Source: a virus
Lineage: Duplodnaviria; Caudoviricetes
DNA length: 50,658 bases
Direction: 5' to 3' (one strand)
IMG/VR virus record: IMGVR_UViG_3300025834_000001
Span: 1 to 50,658 of that record
The position numbers were made by a program, and so were the translations under genes. Shown in pieces: positions 45,702-50,658 of the stretch (positions within the stretch are counted from its first letter, which is position 1; each line of letters opens with the position of its first letter). The notes under the pieces are model-generated. The model ran no database searches. It had not been told where the DNA came from and saw only the letters and a program-made list of their open reading frames with translations.

Positions 45702-46925
45702 CTATACTGGATTAACCTGTGTTGGAACACAAATGTAATCTACAACTGCTTCAAGTCTAGTTGATCCGAAACCAATTGAATTGATTTTGAAACCAATGGA
45801 CTGTCTCTGGTCGATAGGATCTAGCACACCAGATGAACCCTTTTGCTTAACATACATTCTAGTCTGGTCTTCACCAGTAAGACCTGTTCTAGTAAGGGCA
45901 TCCTTACCAATAACAAGTATATGCTGAGCTTTGAATTCAACCCATGCTTCTCCACCACCTTGATTAGCTGTGTTGTATGCTGCGATATCCCAGATCATTT
46001 GACCAGGAATATAGGAAGCATCGTCACCAGTTCTGCTATCTTTAACATAGCCATCTACTGCAACTCCTGCTCCACCTACTGCTGCATCAATTGCTACTGA
46101 AGCATACTCATAAGTGTCAACGCCAGTTGATCTGTATAGTCTCTTAGTGATTTTTGCGGTCTTAGTGAAATCTCCGTGAGTAGGTACTAACAAAGTCTCA
46201 TAGAACTCTAAGTCAAACATAGGCACCAGTGAACTGTTGTCATACATTGTCTTAGTAGTGTTATTGATTGTCATGTACTTCTCAACGATAGGATCTGAAA
46301 TCATATCATAGAAAAATTCCGGTGATGCAATTACATGGTATCTTCCGTTCAATCTTGGCTTAACAAGAGCCTTTTTCAAGGACAAAGTGATAAGTCTAAG
46401 GTCTGCGATTGACGGAATAGATGCTACTGTAAGAGCTTCAAAGTTAGCTGCCCCACCTGCATAGTATTTCTGTGCGATTGAGAACAAAGTTTCCTTAGCT
46501 AAAAGGTCTAATGTCTCCATTGCTACAAGAGAATACTCTCTAGTGTAATGAGCAACAACAGGGTCTACTACTGCGAAATCTACTTTATCAGTAAATTCCA
46601 TGTAACGACCATATTGGTGAGCGTGCAATTCATACTTTTCTACAGATCCCTTATCTGATTTAGGAGGAACTCCCTCGTCAAGAGGAACTGTATGAGCCTG
46701 CAATGGTGCCCATCTTCTAACCATTAACTTGTCTGCCTTCTCCTGGATAGGGGAAACGTCAGCAAGTCTGAAATAAACATACTGAGACGCATCATATCTG
46801 ATGGTGTCCAACAGCTGTTTTGAATAAAATACTTCTGGGTTTACAACGCCTGCTCCAGCGTTATTAGCCATTTCAACCCAAGAGTTGATATCAGCTACGG
46901 GGTTTAATGCGTTTAAAGTTGCCAT
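45702..46925 (-). CDS. Major capsid protein (N4-gp56-like family)
   Basis: FYSKQLLD, PLDEGVPP, QYGRYMEFTD and DPIDQRQSIGFK; follows the scaffold gene; strong RBS. Confidence 0.85.
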   Translation of the reverse strand: MATLNALNPVADINSWVEMANNAGAGVVNPEVFYSKQLLDTIRYDASQYVYFRLADVSPIQEKADKLMVRRWAPLQAHTVPLDEGVPPKSDKGSVEKYELHAHQYGRYMEFTDKVDFAVVDPVVAHYTREYSLVAMETLDLLAKETLFSIAQKYYAGGAANFEALTVASIPSIADLRLITLSLKKALVKPRLNGRYHVIASPEFFYDMISDPIVEKYMTINNTTKTMYDNSSLVPMFDLEFYETLLVPTHGDFTKTAKITKRLYRSTGVDTYEYASVAIDAAVGGAGVAVDGYVKDSRTGDDASYIPGQMIWDIAAYNTANQGGGEAWVEFKAQHILVIGKDALTRTGLTGEDQTRMYVKQKGSSGVLDPIDQRQSIGFKINSIGFGSTRLEAVVDYICVPTQVNPV

Positions 46926-46959
46926 GGATAAATCCCTCCTTCATTGTTTTCACGTCACT

Positions 46960-47733
46960 TTACAAGTCTTTGAAAAGTGCGTCTAAACCTTTAACTGTGT
47001 TAATTGGTGTTCCTGGGGGTGTTCCTTTGCCGGTACCATTGGTTGGTTCAGTTGAATGATTGGTTACATTCGCTAATCGTGCAGCCTCTTTTGCAATACC
47101 TTCTTTTCGTGCGTTCTCCATGAGTACGTCATGATTTTGGAGTATGTACATTGAGGGTAGGTCTATATCCATTTCATACGGATTAATACCTACATTTTTT
47201 AGAGACTGTGCAAAATTCTGAATGCCCGTTTCATCTAACTGGAACTTTTTTGCAACGGCAGCGAAACCTTCATTGGTGGCATTCCTTCTGACCTCGGCCT
47301 CTCGGGATGCTCTATCTGCGTCGCTTGCATCTAGCCTTGCTAAAATGTCTACGGGGATATTCTCTTTCTTGCTTTGAGCTTCCAGTATTTTAGCCTGGAT
47401 AGCCTGGGCTACTTTCTCTGGGTCTTTTTCGTCCAGTCCTAGTAGTTTAGCCATTCCGTCTACTGCTTGTTTGTAGGATTTGTTCTCTACTCTCATAGCA
47501 GCAAAGGCAGCTTCGGCTTTGCTTACATCTACTGGTTTTTCTACTGCAGGTGGCTCTGTTGCTGTTCCCGGTTCTGTTGCAGGTGGCTCCGTTGCTGGTG
47601 GCTCTGTAGCAGGGGGTTCAGTTGCAGGTGGCTCAGTCGCAGGTGGTTCTGTTGCAGGTGGTGTCTTATCCTCCACTTTTGGTGCAATACCAAATGTTTC
47701 AAGTAAGAAGTCTGCTTGTTCTTTTCCGTCCAT
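46960..47733 (-). CDS. Capsid scaffolding protein
   Basis: Acidic, helical and Pro-rich; lies between the portal and major capsid genes. Confidence 0.7.
   Translation of the reverse strand: MDGKEQADFLLETFGIAPKVEDKTPPATEPPATEPPATEPPATEPPATEPPATEPGTATEPPAVEKPVDVSKAEAAFAAMRVENKSYKQAVDGMAKLLGLDEKDPEKVAQAIQAKILEAQSKKENIPVDILARLDASDADRASREAEVRRNATNEGFAAVAKKFQLDETGIQNFAQSLKNVGINPYEMDIDLPSMYILQNHDVLMENARKEGIAKEAARLANVTNHSTEPTNGTGKGTPPGTPINTVKGLDALFKDL
47572..47661 (-). repeat. Six tandem 15-bp coding repeats (PPATE x6)
   Basis: Visible in both the translation and the DNA, with synonymous variation. Confidence 0.9.
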
Positions 47734-47826
47734 CTACCATTGTCTCCTTTCGTGTGTACCGGCGAGTACACGGAGTGCCAGGATTACGCACAATTAAGGT
47801 TGTGGAACCTATCCTTTGCTACCTTA

Positions 47827-47855
47827 AGTATAAACTTAACAATAAAATTTGTCAA
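47827..47855 (-). promoter_or_regulatory. SigmaA-type promoter upstream of scaffold/capsid
   Basis: TTGACA-AATTTTATTGTTAAGTT-TATACT (17-nt spacer). Confidence 0.85.
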
Positions 47856-47877
47856 CGATTTAACACTGCTTTTAAAT

Positions 47878-47902
47878 AAAAAAAGCACCCGTAATGGGTG
47901 CT
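47878..47902 (-). terminator. Rho-independent terminator
   Basis: On the minus strand, AGCACCC-ATTAC-GGGTGCT is followed by a T-tract. Confidence 0.85.
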
Positions 47903-47907
47903 CAATT

Positions 47908-48186
47908 TTAGCCTATAATACGGGGTCTCAAAACACCTGTTACTTGCAGAGCTAATAACAAAGCATTGAATTCCGCCGTAGTAGGATGTAGTGCCTCAAC
48001 ACTATCTGGGGGGCTGTCAGTCTGTCGAGCGAGAGCTGTGTTTGCACGCCCTAGCACTTCATTAATAGCACCCACCATATCTTTTGCTGATGTGTCTAGT
48101 TTAGCAACTACAGTAAAATCGTCCGTTGTAATACTCTCCAACGGAGTCTGGATTCTTGCAGGGAATCCTGCACGGGAATCAAACAT
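47908..48186 (-). CDS. Small virion-associated protein (head-fibre/decoration-like)
   Basis: The AGGAGG RBS favours ATG 48186. AKDMVGAINEV and AEFNALLLAL are fibre-type motifs. It has its own promoter and terminator. Confidence 0.55.
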   Translation of the reverse strand: MFDSRAGFPARIQTPLESITTDDFTVVAKLDTSAKDMVGAINEVLGRANTALARQTDSPPDSVEALHPTTAEFNALLLALQVTGVLRPRIIG

Positions 48187-48232
48187 AGGGGATCCTCCTA
48201 TTCTATCAGAAACCCATCGTTCTGATAAGTTA

Positions 48233-48261
48233 AGTATATTCTTAACACTAAAATTTGTCAA
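48233..48261 (-). promoter_or_regulatory. SigmaA-type promoter, near-identical to 47827-47855
   Basis: TTGACA-AATTTTAGTGTTAAGAA-TATACT. Confidence 0.85.
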
Positions 48262-48329
48262 TAAAAGAACACCCCACAACAGGGTGTTCCTAAGAGAATT
48301 ATGACACACTGCACGCACAGTGTTTTTGC

Positions 48330-50189
48330 TTAAGTTGGCATCATTCCTGCTGGAGATAGTCCTGGCATTCCTGGTGCTGGCATTCCTGGGTTTACAATCG
48401 GTGATCCTGCAGGAGATGCGAATCCAGTCATGTCTCCACCCGGAGGTGCAACCAGACTTCCTGGGTCTTCCATCATTCCGTTACGTTTAGCTTTTAGGGA
48501 ATCTGCTACAGCCATGATTGCTTCATCTGGGCTCATTCCATTCTTAACAAGCTCTGCGTATTGGAACAACACTTGACTTACTTCTTCCTGTGCATCCTGT
48601 AATCTCTGGAGTCCCATTCGTTCCATCATGAATTCCTTCATTGGGATATCTTGGAACATCAACCATTCTTCCTCTGTGATTAACTGGACAGCTGAACCTT
48701 CCTGTTGATATTGCATCTGTTTTTCCATGATCATATTTGCTGCGTTCATTAATCTCGCCTTAGTTCTTGGTAGTTCTGAGCTGATATTAATCTCATAAGC
48801 AAATATGGCGGCGTCAGTTACTTGACTGAACGGTACAGATACAGTTTTCTTTTCTAGCTTTCCTGGAACTTGCACGATGTATTCTCTATCTGGGGAATAC
48901 TCAATTAAGTTAGCTAGTATCAGATGGGTTAAGTGTTTTGAGTAAGTCTCATAGTTACGAATCTTTGGCACGTCTATCGTAGTTACACGATTCAACATTT
49001 CCTCGGTTCCTCCTGTGGTAATTATACTACCGGTGTCACGTCCGGTGTATCTACCATCTACGCCACTTACTAATTCTATGTTCATCATCAAATCCTTACG
49101 CATGAACGGAATACCCGGGCCTGCTGATGGGAACTGGTGATAGTACACTGCTTTTTCTGGGAAACCATTAACAGTAAAAGTTCTGTCAGCTTCATCCCCA
49201 TGCATAGCAAACGCTTTGACGTTCAACCCCGATTGGTTGTTTATAAACTTCGGAGGTCTCTGGTTCTTATACTCTGCTGTCAGAGAAATAGAATCCAGGA
49301 TGTTGTATGCTATGGCATTGGATAAGATCTTGGCTGAAGGGCTAATACCTACAAGCATCCCCGGAGCTGGTAAATTACAATACAGCTCAGCTATCGGGAA
49401 CGTGTTTGGTTTAATGTCTTCCTTGTACATCAAGATTTCCTGCATGTTTAGTACATGAATCTCGTGTACTTTATCTTCCTTGTAAATCCAGAAGATTGTC
49501 AGCTCATAATAACCATCTGTGGAAGTTGGTGTCTTAACCCCGGTTGCTTGTGGCATCTGGCTGGAACTAGCTGCACTAATTCTAGCTTTTGCTGTTGCAA
49601 ACTTTTCCTTGTACTTCGGCGATCTTGCAAACACAGTCTCGTGGAAGCTCTCGGTGTAACAGCAATGAGCTGAAGTTTTAAGTGATTCTGCAAACGGGTC
49701 TCTCATAAACTTCAACGGATCGAGGTTCTTAAGAACTACATTCTTCTTGAACATCGGGTTGGTGGCTCCAATTACATTTTCAGACCAACCTACTTGGGTG
49801 TACCCTACATTTAAAAGTGAGGCTCTCTCGCCTGCCTTATATTGTAGGTCTCCTACCTCAGCACTGGCCCAAATCGAATCAAGTGCAAGATTAACATTTG
49901 TAACTATCTGCTTATCCCGTTCTCCAGTAGGAGTTACACTAGCACTTTTGACAACAGTGTACAAACTGGCCAAGATGTTTTCCTTAACATAACTGACGAA
50001 GTTACTGTCTGGCTTAACTTGATAAGCTGGAAACTTTGCTCCGATTGCTCTCCAAAAATCTGTCTTATCAATAGCATCCAATAGAACCATCCTACGATGT
50101 TCGGGTGCGTACTGGGCCAACATGACATTCTTGGTCTCTTGTAATTCACCAACGGTGTAGCGATTTGTATCTTCTTTTTTATCTGCCAT
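48330..50189 (-). CDS. Portal protein
   Basis: 619 aa, between terminase and scaffold; LDPLKFMRDP and IELVSGVD...G motifs; Pro/Gly/Met-rich tail. Confidence 0.8.
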   Translation of the reverse strand: MADKKEDTNRYTVGELQETKNVMLAQYAPEHRRMVLLDAIDKTDFWRAIGAKFPAYQVKPDSNFVSYVKENILASLYTVVKSASVTPTGERDKQIVTNVNLALDSIWASAEVGDLQYKAGERASLLNVGYTQVGWSENVIGATNPMFKKNVVLKNLDPLKFMRDPFAESLKTSAHCCYTESFHETVFARSPKYKEKFATAKARISAASSSQMPQATGVKTPTSTDGYYELTIFWIYKEDKVHEIHVLNMQEILMYKEDIKPNTFPIAELYCNLPAPGMLVGISPSAKILSNAIAYNILDSISLTAEYKNQRPPKFINNQSGLNVKAFAMHGDEADRTFTVNGFPEKAVYYHQFPSAGPGIPFMRKDLMMNIELVSGVDGRYTGRDTGSIITTGGTEEMLNRVTTIDVPKIRNYETYSKHLTHLILANLIEYSPDREYIVQVPGKLEKKTVSVPFSQVTDAAIFAYEINISSELPRTKARLMNAANMIMEKQMQYQQEGSAVQLITEEEWLMFQDIPMKEFMMERMGLQRLQDAQEEVSQVLFQYAELVKNGMSPDEAIMAVADSLKAKRNGMMEDPGSLVAPPGGDMTGFASPAGSPIVNPGMPAPGMPGLSPAGMMPT

Positions 50190-50445
50190 CGTTATCTCCT
50201 TCCATTATGTCATGTACAGTTTTCCAGACTGTCTCCATAGGGTCAACCTTTTCCTTATAAAGTTTCTCCAACTCCGGGTCTTCCTCAAGTGGTGTGTATG
50301 TGGAAGTTGGTTTCGGGGTTGTGTCTTTATATTGACTTTCAATGATATGGTTGTGGAAATGTCTCAGCTCGATCTTGATTGCCCTACCTGTGATAACCGT
50401 TACGGTCAAAAGAACTAACAAAGCCAGTATAAGATAATCTAACAT
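50179..50445 (-). CDS. Small membrane-anchored hypothetical protein
   Basis: N-terminal hydrophobic helix; GGAGG RBS; lies between terL and portal. Confidence 0.65.
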   Translation of the reverse strand: MLDYLILALLVLLTVTVITGRAIKIELRHFHNHIIESQYKDTTPKPTSTYTPLEEDPELEKLYKEKVDPMETVWKTVHDIMEGDNDGR

Positions 50446-50450
50446 AATAT

Positions 50451-50658
50451 TTACCCTCCGTTATAACTATAATTTATTGTCCCAAATGGGGTGGCTGCAT
50501 CTTCGTGATAAGCTGTAAAGTCATCCTCGGATAATGCATGGATGTAGTATTGTGCTTCTATATCGGTTTCGATGGTAACATCCTTACCCATCTTATTGTA
50601 AATACCGTAGATTAACTTGGATGGATCTGCAGGTAACTCCATGGTTATCCACTCCAGA
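50451..50658 (-). CDS. terL: Terminase large subunit, 3' end (continuation of 1545..1; 50532-50658 is the duplicated part)
   Basis: The frame reads ...YYIHAL|SEDDF...NYSYNGG-stop continuously across the junction. Confidence 0.88.
   Translation of the reverse strand, partial: LEWITMELPADPSKLIYGIYNKMGKDVTIETDIEAQYYIHALSEDDFTAYHEDAATPFGTINYSYNGG

Noticed and set aside
47572-47661. PPATE tandem repeat as a special element
   Set aside because: It is an ordinary low-complexity linker in a scaffolding protein, with synonymous divergence between copies.
50532-50658. 127-bp repeat as a biological terminal repeat
   Set aside because: It falls in the middle of terL and its length matches a common assembler k-mer, so it is most likely an assembly overlap.
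1-50658. Prophage or temperate lifestyle module
   Set aside because: No integrase, repressor/antirepressor pair, partition genes or host flanks were recognised.

Overview
The window is an apparently complete, circularly assembled genome of a tailed dsDNA phage, about 50.5 kb. Bases 1-127 duplicate 50532-50658, and the terminase gene runs across that junction. The host is probably a Bacillota (Firmicutes) species, based on GGAGG ribosome-binding sites, sigmaA-type promoters, and Amidase_3 and 3D-domain enzymes. It looks podovirus-like and has no integrase or repressor. The + strand arm (2.3-27.7 kb) carries small early genes, a macrodomain protein, a ubiquitin-like module (Ubl, putative E2-like protein, JAB peptidase, ThiF/E1), a retron-type reverse transcriptase, and replication genes. 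These are an SNF2 helicase, an AAA ATPase, an SSB, a primase-helicase, PolA split by a group I intron carrying an HNH gene, a RuvC-like resolvase and a YqaJ nuclease. The - strand arm carries terminase, portal, scaffold, major capsid, tail and adaptor proteins, a collagen-like fibre, lysis genes and a 2765-aa probable internal virion protein. The most striking feature is the single retron-like RT flanked by three retron-style ncRNA units, one upstream and two downstream. Each unit has its own terminal inverted repeat with opposing Gs and shares a bulged GTG-nnn-CAC hairpin, but each carries a different template cargo, one of which is a ~110-bp imperfect stem. Other notable signals are the adjacent phage-encoded Ubl conjugation operon, a 60-nt tRNA-like element, a probable CCC-UAG +1 frameshift in the RuvC gene, and a possibly circularly permuted DEDDh exonuclease inside the giant virion protein. 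All calls come from reading motifs by eye; no database search or folding program was run.
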